A DNA stretch of 63,581 nucleotides, counting the filler, from Candidatus Omnitrophota bacterium (GTDB lineage: Bacteria; Omnitrophota; Gorgyraeia; JAGLLT01), in the NCBI GenBank assembly GCA_023140385.1. It is 4 parts of 4 records of this genome, joined end to end, with 100 filler letters (N's around TTAATTAATTAA, not from the genome) between each part and the next. Parts side by side here need not be neighbours in the genome. Positions count along the whole stretch, not along the records: positions 41,831 to 61,605 come from JAGLLT010000018.1; 3 more parts are not named here. The stretch is one strand, 5' to 3'. This document shows positions 48,994 through 59,429 of this stretch, piece after piece. Below the pieces are notes generated by a model. The model was not told the origin of the DNA. It saw only the letters and a program-made list of their open reading frames with translations, and did not search any database. Made by a program: the position numbers and the translations under genes. Numbering within the stretch: position 1 is the stretch's first letter; each line of letters begins with the position of its first letter.

Positions 48994-49913
48994 GGTATTA
49001 TCTAATTATGAATCCCGCCTCGAAATCCGGACGAAGCAAAAAGTCCTGCCAACGCGTACTATCTATACTTGACAAGAGAAAGCTCGACTTTAACTATAAA
49101 TTTACCCGCGGGCCGGAGGAAGCGGTAACTCTTGCCGGAGAAGCGGCCGGGAAGGGTTGGGATGTAGTCGTGGCCGTAGGCGGAGACGGGACTATATGCG
49201 AGGTTATCAGCGGGCTTTTAAAAAACGGCCCTTGCGGCCGCCTGCCCAAGCTGGGGGTTTTACATACGGGAACCAGTCCGGACTTTAACCGGTATCACAA
49301 TATTCCGGTTAATTTAAGTGAGGCTGTTGAGGTGTTAATAAGAGGCAAAAGTAAACTCATAGACGCAGGTAAGATTACCTATATGAAGAATTCCTGGAAA
49401 AAAAACATAGCTTACTTTGGCAGTAACGTTAATATAGGCCTGGGGCCGCTGATTGCCGGCAAGGCCAACTCCAGGCATAGAAAACATCTCGGAGATTTTT
49501 TGGGAACCCTTTGCGCTCTCCTGAGTTCTTTGACTGCTTTTAAAGGAGTTGAACTGAAAATCAAAATTGACGGTGAAAAGATAGCTTCCGGCAAATTGAT
49601 TAATTTAACCGTGGGCAAAGATCCTTATCTGGCTTCGGGTATGCGTGTTTTTAGCGGGATAAGGCCGGATGACGGTAAATTGTACGTTCTTCCGGTAAAA
49701 AAGATGCCAGTCCTTTTGTTTCTGATAAATATCTACAGATTATATTGGGGAGATTTTCTAAAATCTAAGGCGGCCAGTATTATCTACGGCAGAAAAATAG
49801 AAATAGAAGGTAATGTTGAACATACTCAGGTAGAGTTTGATGGTGACGTGAGGGGATATTTGCCGGTTAAGATTGAAGTTATTCCCAAAGCTTTAGAGGT
49901 GATATCTCAATGA
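48981..49913 (+). CDS. Diacylglycerol/sphingosine kinase family lipid kinase
   Basis: NPASKSG, GGDGTICEV, GTSPDF, DDGKL, FDGD. Confidence 0.88.
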   Translation: MGKLRYYLIMNPASKSGRSKKSCQRVLSILDKRKLDFNYKFTRGPEEAVTLAGEAAGKGWDVVVAVGGDGTICEVISGLLKNGPCGRLPKLGVLHTGTSPDFNRYHNIPVNLSEAVEVLIRGKSKLIDAGKITYMKNSWKKNIAYFGSNVNIGLGPLIAGKANSRHRKHLGDFLGTLCALLSSLTAFKGVELKIKIDGEKIASGKLINLTVGKDPYLASGMRVFSGIRPDDGKLYVLPVKKMPVLLFLINIYRLYWGDFLKSKAASIIYGRKIEIEGNVEHTQVEFDGDVRGYLPVKIEVIPKALEVISQ

Positions 49914-52273
49914 CTATAAAACATAAGAGAGTATTTATTACCGGTGCCAGCGGTTTTATAGGAAGCCACATTGTAGACAGGCTGGTTGAGGCTGGCTACG
50001 AACTTACAGCTTTAGTTAGAGAGCAAAGCGACCTCTCATTTGTTCCCACTGATAGGTTGACTCTTTGTCAGGGTGATCTGACAGACTATGAAAGTGTAGA
50101 AAAAGCTATGAAAAATTGTGAGGTGGTAGTTCACGCGGCCGCCCGCACATCAGATTGGGGGAATAAAGAAAAATTTTACAGAGCAAACGTAGAAGGAACT
50201 CAAAACCTCTTAAAGGCCGCCCGCGAAAATAAAATCAAGAAGATTATTTTGATTAGTACAACGGCCGTCCTCGGAGAAGAAGACAGCCCTCTGCCGAAGA
50301 AGGAAGATTGTCCATACAAGCCAGTTATGCCCTACTTTATTGGAGGATATTTTGGCTCTGGTATGAATTTGTACCGTCATACAAAGATGCTGGCTGAGAA
50401 GAAGGCCATTAAATTTTGTAGTGAGAACGGCATAGGCCTAATTGTTCTCAGGCCTGTGTGGGTCTATGGCCCCAGGGAGTTTCACGCCGGGCCGTATGAA
50501 TTTTGCCGGGCAGTTTTAAGCGGCAGCCGGTTCCTGCCCATGGGCAGGAAGAACAGGTTTCACGTTATCTATGTCAAGGACGTAGCTATTTCAGTAGAGC
50601 TGGCATTAAAAAAGGATTTAGCCGGAGTGCATATTTTTAACTTAGGCAATGAAGAGGCGCCCTGTATAAGAAACTATTTTAGTCTCTTTTGCGAACACCT
50701 AAACGTAAAATCCCCGTTTTATGTTTCTTTCCGACTGGTTTATCCCGCGGGAATATTATTGGAACTGCTGGCAAGGTTGTTCAGGGCAAAAAAGCCGTAT
50801 TTGTTAACTTCAGCCAGGGTCAAGATGTTTTATTGTAATAATATTTATGATGTTTCAAAAGCAAGAAGAGTTTTAGGTTTTAGGGCCGAAATGCCGCTTG
50901 ATGAAGGAGTAAGGGAGACTATTCAGTGGTGGAAGGATAACGGCTATCTGGCGGATAGAAAAGAGAAGCACCGGAAGTTAAAACAAAGATACGTTGTGGG
51001 GGCGGAAAGGCTTCTTCTCGACATTCGTATAGCTGTAACTGTATTTTTAAAATATTTACTTCGTCTTTTTAAAGGAGAAATCAGCCTCAGGCAGTATCTG
51101 ATTTTTCTTAAAAGGCTTATGTTGTTTTCCAAAGTTTTTTCTTACAACAAGGCGGTGCGTATCAACGGTGCTTACAAAATTCACCTCTATCTGCCAGCCT
51201 TTCCCAGTAGGGCGTTTTACCGCGCGATTGATAAGTTTTTAATCCTGGATGAAAAGACCATTCCAACCACTGTTATTTTTTCTATGACCAGAGCTTGTAC
51301 TTACAATTGCGCTTATTGCTACCAAAAGAGAGACGGCGGAGACGACTTGCCGGAGGACAAACTAATACAAACAGCAAAAGAAATTCAAAACCTCGGCGTC
51401 AGCCTCTTTGACATCGAGGGTGGTGAACCATTGTTAAGGTTTGAAAGACTGTTTAACCTGATACAGACGATAGATGATAGAAGCGAGGTATGGATTAACA
51501 CTACCGGCCATAGCCTGACTTATCAAAAAGCGCTGAGGCTAAAAAAGGCTGGTTTGTTTGGAGTAATGATATCTATTCACCGGACCGAAGCCGGCCGGCA
51601 CGATGAATTAGTAGGCCGCAAAGGAGCCTATCAAATCGCTTGTTCTGCCATAAAGATTTTTCAGCGGGCAGGTCTTAATACGGTTATAAACTGCTGTCCA
51701 TCGCTTAAAATGATAAAAGAAGGCGGAATAGAAAAAATAATGGAGCTTGGCCGCGGGCTTAACTGCAGCTTTGTGCAGATTATTCATGAAAAACCTTCGG
51801 GCGGCCGGTTGAGTTTAAATAACACCTTTATGGATAAGAAAACGCTGGACGCGCTTTGCGATAAACATATTGGATACAATAGAAAGGAAGGCTTGAAGTT
51901 ATATCCATCCCTATCTATGCAGGTTTTTGAGGCCTCTCCCATAGCCTTTGGATGTACCGCCGGTGGTATAGAAAGATTTTATGTAAATGCTCACGGTGAA
52001 GTTCAGCCCTGCGAGTTTTTAAATATCTCTTTTGGTAACGTGCAAGATGAAGGTTTTATGGAGATATATAAAAGAATGAGAGATAATTTTAAAAAGCCCG
52101 CCTTAGAGTGGCTGTGTAATAGCAGGTGTTCTTCGATAGCAAAGTACGTTAACGGGCACAATATTTCCTTCCTCCCGCTTAAAAAAGAAGATACCCTGAA
52201 ATTGATAAAAACCTGGCCTAAACGGGATGAAGTGCCGCTTTACGGTAAAATGAAAATTTGCGAGAGGGTGTGA
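49910..52273 (+). CDS. Fusion of an extended SDR (3-beta-HSD-like) and a radical SAM/SPASM-twitch domain
   Basis: TGASGFIG, YRHTK, RPVWVYGP in the N-half; CTYNCAYC, GGEP and CTAG...GEVQPC in the C-half; one uninterrupted ORF. Confidence 0.88.
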   Translation: MTIKHKRVFITGASGFIGSHIVDRLVEAGYELTALVREQSDLSFVPTDRLTLCQGDLTDYESVEKAMKNCEVVVHAAARTSDWGNKEKFYRANVEGTQNLLKAARENKIKKIILISTTAVLGEEDSPLPKKEDCPYKPVMPYFIGGYFGSGMNLYRHTKMLAEKKAIKFCSENGIGLIVLRPVWVYGPREFHAGPYEFCRAVLSGSRFLPMGRKNRFHVIYVKDVAISVELALKKDLAGVHIFNLGNEEAPCIRNYFSLFCEHLNVKSPFYVSFRLVYPAGILLELLARLFRAKKPYLLTSARVKMFYCNNIYDVSKARRVLGFRAEMPLDEGVRETIQWWKDNGYLADRKEKHRKLKQRYVVGAERLLLDIRIAVTVFLKYLLRLFKGEISLRQYLIFLKRLMLFSKVFSYNKAVRINGAYKIHLYLPAFPSRAFYRAIDKFLILDEKTIPTTVIFSMTRACTYNCAYCYQKRDGGDDLPEDKLIQTAKEIQNLGVSLFDIEGGEPLLRFERLFNLIQTIDDRSEVWINTTGHSLTYQKALRLKKAGLFGVMISIHRTEAGRHDELVGRKGAYQIACSAIKIFQRAGLNTVINCCPSLKMIKEGGIEKIMELGRGLNCSFVQIIHEKPSGGRLSLNNTFMDKKTLDALCDKHIGYNRKEGLKLYPSLSMQVFEASPIAFGCTAGGIERFYVNAHGEVQPCEFLNISFGNVQDEGFMEIYKRMRDNFKKPALEWLCNSRCSSIAKYVNGHNISFLPLKKEDTLKLIKTWPKRDEVPLYGKMKICERV

Positions 52274-52274
52274 A

Positions 52275-53228
52275 ATGTTTTCTAAAAGGATTATTATTTC
52301 TTATGTAAAGTCAACGCGCCCGTATCTGTTTTTTGTTTCAGGTATGGCCGGCTTGCTTGGCATTGTCTTTTCGGAAACAATAGCCTCCTGTGGAAGGACT
52401 ATTTGTATCTTAATCGTACTTTTTTTAGGCTGGGGGGTAAATCAGGTTATCAATGACCTGCTCGGTTTAAGAGAAGATAGAATTAATGCTCCTCATCGTC
52501 CTTTGGTGAGCGGAGAGCTGCCCATTAAAGCGGCCGTTGTCATAAGTCTTCTTTTATTTGCCGGCGGCGGATTAGTTACCTTCTTATTAAACCCGCAGGC
52601 TTTGTTTATCTACAGCGCGATATTTCTCATGAACTTCATTTACGAATATTCAAAAAGTGTACCGGTTCTTGGTAATTTTATCTTTGGTTTTTTGCTCGCC
52701 CTTTGCGTTTATTACGGCGCTGTCTGTCTCAGTCCCCGGGGCTTAGATGCCTTCCTTGATAAAAAACTGCTATTATTGGCGATAAGCGTGGTTTTGATAA
52801 ACATTACGACAGCCTTTTACACTTATTATAAAGACGCCAGAGGTGATTATCTTGCCGGAAAGAAGACTATAATTGTTTGCCTGAAGCCTGACAGAGCAAG
52901 ATATTTGAATTTTATCGTTAGCCTCCTTCCTTTTGTGATCGTTCCGGCTTTGCTATTTTCTCCGGCATGGAACGAAAAAATAAATATATATTTTATAGCT
53001 TTCCTTTTTTTATCTTTTGTTATTTTACAATACACGGCCCTGCTCTTTTTTAAGCATCCCCGGGGCCCTCAAACCTACTTCTCGCTTAGGTGGAATTTTA
53101 CGGGAGCCGTTTTATTTAAAACTTCTTTTGTTGCTCTTGTAAACCCTCTTTTGGCAGGTGTATTATTTTTGGCCAACTTTATCTTAATTAAGTTTTTATT
53201 TAAATTACATTCGGATTATTTGGTTTAA
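52275..53228 (+). CDS. UbiA family prenyltransferase
   Basis: TRP, NDLLGLREDRINAPHRPLVSG, YKDARGD...GKKT; multiple TM helices. Confidence 0.9.
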   Translation: MFSKRIIISYVKSTRPYLFFVSGMAGLLGIVFSETIASCGRTICILIVLFLGWGVNQVINDLLGLREDRINAPHRPLVSGELPIKAAVVISLLLFAGGGLVTFLLNPQALFIYSAIFLMNFIYEYSKSVPVLGNFIFGFLLALCVYYGAVCLSPRGLDAFLDKKLLLLAISVVLINITTAFYTYYKDARGDYLAGKKTIIVCLKPDRARYLNFIVSLLPFVIVPALLFSPAWNEKINIYFIAFLFLSFVILQYTALLFFKHPRGPQTYFSLRWNFTGAVLFKTSFVALVNPLLAGVLFLANFILIKFLFKLHSDYLV

Positions 53229-53270
53229 AATGGTATAATTATAAAAAATGTAGAAACAAAAGGAGGATAT

Positions 53271-53669
53271 ATGAAAGTTCAAAAGTGGATAAAGCCTTTT
53301 TTTATTATTGCCGGTTTATATGACGGAATTTTGGGTATTATTTTTTTAATAGTTCCGCTTGAACTTTTTAAGACGGCTGCCATCGCCCCGCCCAATCACA
53401 TTGGCTACGTGCAATTTCCGGCACTACTTTTAATTGTCATTGCGGTGATGTTCTTTAATATTGCTAAAGATCCCATAGCCAACCGCAACCTGATTTTATA
53501 CGGTATCTTAGTCAAAATTTCCTACTGCCTGGTAGTATTTCCGCATTGGCTGACCGGCAACATACCGTCTATCTGGATACCCTTTGCTTTTTTTGACCTT
53601 GGGTTTTTGGTAATGTTTTTTATTGCAGGCAAAACACTTAAGCAGACGATGCTAAATAGTCAAAAATAG
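53271..53669 (+). CDS. 4-TM hypothetical membrane protein
   Basis: SD AAGGAGG; AGLYDG, DPIANR, FAFFD. Confidence 0.7.
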   Translation: MKVQKWIKPFFIIAGLYDGILGIIFLIVPLELFKTAAIAPPNHIGYVQFPALLLIVIAVMFFNIAKDPIANRNLILYGILVKISYCLVVFPHWLTGNIPSIWIPFAFFDLGFLVMFFIAGKTLKQTMLNSQK

Positions 53670-53677
53670 ATAATCAA

Positions 53678-53975
53678 ATACGGCCTATTTACACAATTTA
53701 AGATTTATAACGAAGCCAACATTGAGTTGATGTGGGTAAAGCGTAATTTTCTCGGTACGAAAATAACTTTTTTCCTCGCCGGCAGAGAAGAAGTTTCTTT
53801 ATTTTCCCTTAAGAGGGCATCAACAAAGTTTGGCCTATTAAGAGGGAGTATATTTGACCAGCATAAGATGCTGGCAGGGGGTTTTGAGTGTCAATAGGTA
53901 TCGATTCTATGAAATTTTACGCAGTGTTGGATAAGTATAATCAAAAGATAGGGGACACTGATTACGAAGTTTGAT
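53678..53975 (+). pseudogene. Possible decayed gene fragment (LURP-one/scramblase-like pattern)
   Basis: Startless frame YGLFTQFKIYNEANIELMWVKR...IFDQ ends in a stop; VLDKYNQKIG continues in another frame. Confidence 0.3.
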
Positions 53976-53990
53976 AAAAAGATTCTTGAA

Positions 53991-54230
53991 ATGGAAAAAG
54001 TGTTGAATGTTGAGAACCTGGCCCCTTACGACCGCATGACCCTATACTTCTATACTGGTGATGATTTTATTGATTTGAATGATAATAGATTATGGGATGA
54101 AGGAGAACCATGCGATGACGGGAACAATGATGGTGAATATACTCCTCCAGGATTTAAAACCGAAGGAGATTTAATTGATAATCCAGGCTTTGGAATTGAA
54201 CCAGATAAATTGAATTCTAAACTTAATTAG
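53991..54230 (+). CDS. Short acidic ORF, probably the C-terminal remnant of a larger Ca-binding-repeat protein
   Basis: FIDLNDNRLWDEGEPCDDGNNDGEY motif. Confidence 0.4.
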   Translation: MEKVLNVENLAPYDRMTLYFYTGDDFIDLNDNRLWDEGEPCDDGNNDGEYTPPGFKTEGDLIDNPGFGIEPDKLNSKLN

Positions 54231-54239
54231 GGAATCACT

Positions 54240-55205
54240 ATGAAAACAAAATATATTTTGATTTGTCTTAGTTTGCTTTTAACTATTATTTCTTTCAATA
54301 TTTATGCAGATAATAAAATAGAAACTTTAAAAACATATTTAGAAGACAAAAAAATATCAGACTCACCAAATGCCAATGGATTATCCCATCTGGGATCCAA
54401 AGGGTATATAAAACCTGAAGATCAAGTATATATAAATTTAGTTAATAATTTATATGAAATATATCCTCAAAGATTTAGTGTTAGTGTAAGAATTAGTTTA
54501 GCAAAAGAATTAATATCGATTGAAAAAAATGACAAAGCAATAGATATTCTCTTGCCACTAATAAATGAAGTAAAAAAAAGATCTGTATTCTGGGAGTATT
54601 GTTCTAATTGGACATTCAGAGAAGCTCAAGCTAAAGAATTAGAAGGGTTATTTTTATTAACGGAATTATATTTGAAGGATAATAATGTAGATAAAGCACT
54701 TGATGTTTTAATAATTATAAAACAATATTATCCATTTAGAGAAAAAAGTATCGATTCTTTTCTTCTATTTAAAGAGAAATTGAGAAAGTTTAATGAAAAG
54801 CAGAAAGCTATTTTTAATCGTCTTATAACAAAGCAGTTAATTTTTATGAATTCAAACAAATGGGAAGAGCTTGGATTGTTAAGGGATGACAGATTAAATA
54901 AATTGAAGTCGGAACTAGTTGCTTCAGAACCAATTGACGAATTATCATTAAATATAGAGTTCTATAGTTTTGAATCAGAAAAATATTTTATGGTAGTTGC
55001 TTATGTTTCACCAAATACTTCTTTAGTTAACTGTTCTTTTAATTGGGTTATCGAAGGTTCTTACAAAGGAGATAGAGTCTTTAATAATTTTGTATTAATA
55101 GAAAAAGAAAACTTAAAAAATAAAAAAATAAAATTAACAATTACAGATAAGGAAGATAAAATTATTGAAAAGGAATATAATATTTTGCCATCAGCACCCC
55201 AATAA
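54240..55205 (+). CDS. AT-rich exported helical (TPR-like) hypothetical protein
   Basis: Signal peptide ending IYA; LTELYLKDNNVDKALDVL; markedly AT-rich. Confidence 0.6.
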   Translation: MKTKYILICLSLLLTIISFNIYADNKIETLKTYLEDKKISDSPNANGLSHLGSKGYIKPEDQVYINLVNNLYEIYPQRFSVSVRISLAKELISIEKNDKAIDILLPLINEVKKRSVFWEYCSNWTFREAQAKELEGLFLLTELYLKDNNVDKALDVLIIIKQYYPFREKSIDSFLLFKEKLRKFNEKQKAIFNRLITKQLIFMNSNKWEELGLLRDDRLNKLKSELVASEPIDELSLNIEFYSFESEKYFMVVAYVSPNTSLVNCSFNWVIEGSYKGDRVFNNFVLIEKENLKNKKIKLTITDKEDKIIEKEYNILPSAPQ

Positions 55206-55323
55206 CCCCTAAACATAAACTGATAGCGTGTAGATAAATTAGGGGTATAGGGGTAGGGGGCCAGGTCTTTAATCTTGACATAAATATAAGTAAATAAATA
55301 AAAATGGTAAGGTATAAGGCATT

Positions 55324-55665
55324 ATGGCAAGACCATTGCGAATAGAATACGATGGAGCTGTTTATCATATAACAGCCAGGGGAAATGAAAGGAGGCCTAT
55401 TTTTAAGGATAATGAAGATAGGTTTCTCTTTTTTAATATTATGAATCAAGTAAAGAAGAAATACAACTGGCTTTGCCACACATATTGTTTGATGAATAAT
55501 CATTATCATTTATTGATAGAGACTCCAGATGGGAATCTTTCCCATGGGATGAGGCAATTGAATGGGGTGTATACACAGGTGTTTAATAAGAAGCATAAAA
55601 GAGTTGGGCATGTGTTCCAAGGAAGATATAAAGCGATATTGATACAAACTAAACAGTCGTTTTAA
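55324..55665 (+). pseudogene. Truncated REP-associated tyrosine transposase (Y1 HUH family)
   Basis: MARPLRIE, YHITARGN, CLMNNHYHLL (HUH), GHVFQGRYKA; stops before the catalytic-Tyr (YIHxNP) segment. Confidence 0.85.
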
Positions 55666-55687
55666 CCAAATTGAGGATAAGTGCGCT

Positions 55688-56752
55688 ATGAGAAAGATTA
55701 TATTAGCTCTTCTTTTTTCTGTTTGCCTAATATCTCAGTCATCTTCCGAAGAGGTGTCGCAGGCTCAGATTATGGAAGAATTCGGAGAAACTATAGGAGA
55801 GCCCATAGATTCAGGATTCGTCTTCTTTGATGGTTGTTATATTGATGCGCCGTATCGAGTAATAAGAAAAGGACTTGCAGTCTATATCAACAATGTGATG
55901 ATACGCAAACCCATCCCATGGCCTCCGAGAGACTTAAGAGTTTCACAAGATCCTGGGGTTCCAAAAGGGCTAACAGAAAATAGCAGCTTTGAGGATCTTG
56001 ATGATAAGAATGATCCATACAATGGATATCGTGCGAGAAAATGGCGATATATGCACCAGCATTTTTCTTCAGAAGTAGCTGTCAAGAAGATGGCGGATTA
56101 CTATGCTTCTTTTCCCTTTGTGCGTAGTGTGACGTTTGAAGATTCTGTCACTATCATTGTAGAGACCGTAAAGGGAGAAAAAAGAGGAATAGATGTGGGA
56201 CCTCCATCTCGTGATTCGTGGTTTCTCAAGCCACCAAAGCGAGAGGATGTGTTGAAGGAAGTTCAATACGTTTGCACTCGCTTCGAGAATCGCCTTGCGG
56301 AAAATGATTGTTTTTTCCTGTTTAGCAAGGGCGGGGAACTGTCCTTTGGAAAGACGAAAGTTTGTAAAGATTTAGGATTAATTGTCACCATCCTTCGTTC
56401 TAAAAGGTCAGATGATGAAAAGATTATTTTATTAAAACGTTTGAGTGTTCTACCTCCAGAGGGTGAAGTATTCAAGCCATTAGTGACAAATTTTCAAGCC
56501 TCAGCTCAGCTTGAACAACGGATTGATGCCGCTGTAAAAAAATCAGGCATAACTCCGAGAACCTTCGATGAGATTCCTCTTATACCACTTCATTTGGAAC
56601 AGAGGCTATCTCTGATTAAAGATGACAAAATCCGGACAAAAAATTCTCTTGAAAAAGAGAAAGACCCCGAGGTCAGAGAAAAACTGCAGAGGAGGTTAAA
56701 ATTCCTTGAAAGAGAAGAGAAAGAAATAAGGGAGAAATACAGAAAAAGATAG
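55688..56752 (+). CDS. Exported hypothetical protein
   Basis: Signal peptide; 354-aa ORF with a charged C-terminal helix. Confidence 0.65.
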   Translation: MRKIILALLFSVCLISQSSSEEVSQAQIMEEFGETIGEPIDSGFVFFDGCYIDAPYRVIRKGLAVYINNVMIRKPIPWPPRDLRVSQDPGVPKGLTENSSFEDLDDKNDPYNGYRARKWRYMHQHFSSEVAVKKMADYYASFPFVRSVTFEDSVTIIVETVKGEKRGIDVGPPSRDSWFLKPPKREDVLKEVQYVCTRFENRLAENDCFFLFSKGGELSFGKTKVCKDLGLIVTILRSKRSDDEKIILLKRLSVLPPEGEVFKPLVTNFQASAQLEQRIDAAVKKSGITPRTFDEIPLIPLHLEQRLSLIKDDKIRTKNSLEKEKDPEVREKLQRRLKFLEREEKEIREKYRKR

Positions 56753-56829
56753 ATTCCCATAAGTAAACAAGCAATCAGGGAACACTGGACTTCCCCAAGT
56801 AAAATGGATGCCAGATAGTGGTATAATAT

Positions 56830-56910
56830 TGAGCTGCCTCGGATTTGACGGACACTGTATAGTAGAGACAAGTTGAAATGGAGGTGTCCGATGAAGAAGA
56901 AAAGAATGGT
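56830..56910 (+). mobile_element. Possible IS3-family left-end remnant
   Basis: TGAGCTGCCTCGGATTTGACGGACAC end-like sequence, GGACAC/GTGTCC inversion, SD GGAGG and ATG-KKKR start with no transposase following. Confidence 0.4.
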
Positions 56911-56955
56911 TTTTTATGGATGTCTCCCCGATTTATGCCCCCTGATTTAAAATAC

Positions 56956-56984
56956 TTGATTTTTTAAAATCATTAAGTTATAAT
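56956..56984 (+). promoter_or_regulatory. Sigma70-type promoter of the DUF212 to accA run
   Basis: TTGATT-17 nt-TATAAT. Confidence 0.6.
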
Positions 56985-57036
56985 AAATTATCCTGACATA
57001 CACAATAGGCAAAAATTAATAAAAAAGAGAGTTTGT

Positions 57037-57483
57037 ATGGGTGAATTTTTTGGCGCTTTGTTTAGCAATAAGGTTTTGTTGATTGCCGTTTTGTCCTGGT
57101 TTATAGCTCAGAGCGTCAAGGTGTTGGTGGGTATTATAAGGGAAAAGAGATTTAACTTTAAGTGGTTTGTGGGGACGGGGGGGATGCCCAGTTCTCACGC
57201 GGCCGGCGTAGCGGCTCTGGCGATGGCCGTTGGTTTAAGTAAAGGTTTTGATTCCGTGATCTTCGCGGTTTCACTGCTCTTTGCCGTAATTGTAATGTTT
57301 GACGCGCAGGGAGTAAGGCAGGATACAGGCATTCAGGCGGAGGTTCTTAATGAGATTACTGATGACATATACTTTAAGCGCGGAATTAAGGAAGAGAAGT
57401 TAAGGGAACTTGTGGGACATACGCCGGTTGAGGTATTGGCCGGTATGATTCTGGGAATCTTAATCAGTTTAGTATTTTATTGA
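57037..57483 (+). CDS. Divergent PAP2 family protein (DUF212)
   Basis: AQSVK, TGGMPSSHAA, VMFDAQGVR, ELVGHTPVEV. Confidence 0.9.
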   Translation: MGEFFGALFSNKVLLIAVLSWFIAQSVKVLVGIIREKRFNFKWFVGTGGMPSSHAAGVAALAMAVGLSKGFDSVIFAVSLLFAVIVMFDAQGVRQDTGIQAEVLNEITDDIYFKRGIKEEKLRELVGHTPVEVLAGMILGILISLVFY

Positions 57484-57516
57484 TATTTTTAAAATAGTTT
57501 TATTGGGGAGGCATAG

Positions 57517-58416
57517 TTGAAAAAGATAGTTATTACGGCTGTAGTTATCGTAGTAATAACCGCGGTTTTCATATCCTTTATAACACATTCCAGGAACTCA
57601 GCGTCGTCCTTAGAAAGCCGGCTGAGTAAGGCGCGGTTGTTGGTGAAAAACCAGAACTTAAAAGAGGCCAAGGAAAGCTACCGCTTGATTATTGATGATT
57701 TTAAAGAGTCTGAAAAAGCGGCAATTGCTCTAAGTGAGCTGGCGGACATCTATCGCGCGGAAGGCCAGCCTTTAAAGGCCAAGCAGATTTATACTGATAT
57801 TATTCGCCGGTATCCGGAGCATAACGCGGTGGTTGAAATTCAGGATAAACTTTGGAATCTTAATATTGAAATACTTTTTTCGGGGCTGATAACGGATAAT
57901 AGTGCGGTCTATGAGGTTAAGGCTGGAGATACTTTAAGTAAAATAGCAAAAAAGTTTAAGACGACGGTTGAGTTGATGAAAAGAAGCAATGACATAAAAA
58001 ACTTAACCATCCGGCCCAATGACAGGTTAAAAGTTGTAACAGCCGCCTTCAGCATTGTGGTTGATAAGTCTCAAAACACACTTACGTTAAAAGCGGGAGA
58101 TGAAGTTATCAAAATTTACAGTGTATCGACCGGCAAGGATAACTGTACTCCGACAGGTGATTTTACGATTGTTACTAAGCTGAAAGATCCCGTTCATTTT
58201 CAACCCGGAAAGATAATTCCGGCGGAAAGCCCGGAAAACGTTTTAGGCTCGCGCTGGATGGGCCTTTCGGTCAAGTCCTACGGAATACACGGTACAGTCG
58301 AAGAGGGAAGTATAGGCCAGCAGATTACTAAGGGATGTGTCAGAATGACGAACGGGGAAGTTGAAGAGCTTTATGATATTGTTACTAAGGGCACTGAAGT
58401 AACCATAGTGGATTAG
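57517..58416 (+). CDS. L,D-transpeptidase (YkuD) with TPR and LysM domains
   Basis: [13 protein letters not shown] (LysM), YGIHGT...TKGCVRM. Confidence 0.9.
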   Translation: MKKIVITAVVIVVITAVFISFITHSRNSASSLESRLSKARLLVKNQNLKEAKESYRLIIDDFKESEKAAIALSELADIYRAEGQPLKAKQIYTDIIRRYPEHNAVVEIQDKLWNLNIEILFSGLITDNSAVYEVKAGDTLSKIAKKFKTTVELMKRSNDIKNLTIRPNDRLKVVTAAFSIVVDKSQNTLTLKAGDEVIKIYSVSTGKDNCTPTGDFTIVTKLKDPVHFQPGKIIPAESPENVLGSRWMGLSVKSYGIHGTVEEGSIGQQITKGCVRMTNGEVEELYDIVTKGTEVTIVD

Positions 58417-58420
58417 ACAA

Positions 58421-59401
58421 ATGAGCGGAAACGGTTTGGAATTTGAAAAACCCATAATAGAGCTGGAGAAAAAGATAGCGGAGCTTCAAAGTTTTACCTC
58501 CGGCGAGAAGATGGATCTTAATAATGAGATCCAAAGTCTTCAGAAAAAATTGGAGCAGTTGAAGAAGGAGATATATAAAAATTTAACTCCCTGGCAAAGG
58601 GTGCAGATAGCGCGCCACCTCCAGAGGCCCTATATGATGGACTACGTAAAAGCTATTACTCAGGGCTTTATAGAGCTTCATGGAGACAGAAGGTTTGGCG
58701 ATGACAAGGCGATGGTGGGCGGATTTGCGACAATAGAGGGGGACAAGGTATTAGTAATCGGGCATCAAAAAGGCCGGGGCATAAAACAACAGGTAGAAAG
58801 AAACTTCGGATGCGCTCATCCGGAGGGGTACCGCAAGGCTCTAAGGTTAATGAAGCTGGCGGAGAAGTTTGACATTCCTATTATTTGTCTTATTGATACG
58901 CCGGGCGCCTATCCGGGCGTTGGAGGTGAAGAGAGGGGCCAGGCGGAAGCTATTGCGGTTAATTTAAGGGAAATGGTTTCTCTGAGAACCCCGATAGTTG
59001 TGGTAGTAATTGGAGAGGGCGGTTCTGGTGGAGCTTTGGGTATAGGTGTAGGAGACAGGATATGTGTTTTAGAGAACGCCTATTACTCTGTTATTTCACC
59101 CGAAGGCTGTTCGGCGATTCTGTGGAAGAAGAAAGAGTTAGCTGAAGAGGCGGCCAGGGTATTAAAGTTAACGGCAAAGGATTTGCTTGACCTTAAGATA
59201 ATTGATAAAATTATTTCTGAGCCCTTAGGCGGAGCCCACCGGGATTATGAAAAGGCGGCCAAGGCCGTCAAAGAGGCAATACTCGGACATCTTCAGGAAT
59301 TAAAAAAAATGAGCAAAGATGAGTTGATTGAAGCAAGATATCAGAAGTATAGAAAGATAGGCGTCTTTAAAGAGCCTCCGTTAGAAAGCAGTGTTTCTTA
59401 A
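58421..59401 (+). CDS. accA: Acetyl-CoA carboxylase carboxyltransferase alpha subunit
   Basis: [40 protein letters not shown]. Confidence 0.97.
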   Translation: MSGNGLEFEKPIIELEKKIAELQSFTSGEKMDLNNEIQSLQKKLEQLKKEIYKNLTPWQRVQIARHLQRPYMMDYVKAITQGFIELHGDRRFGDDKAMVGGFATIEGDKVLVIGHQKGRGIKQQVERNFGCAHPEGYRKALRLMKLAEKFDIPIICLIDTPGAYPGVGGEERGQAEAIAVNLREMVSLRTPIVVVVIGEGGSGGALGIGVGDRICVLENAYYSVISPEGCSAILWKKKELAEEAARVLKLTAKDLLDLKIIDKIISEPLGGAHRDYEKAAKAVKEAILGHLQELKKMSKDELIEARYQKYRKIGVFKEPPLESSVS

Positions 59402-59429
59402 CGGGTAAAATTTATTTTTAGGAGAAGAA

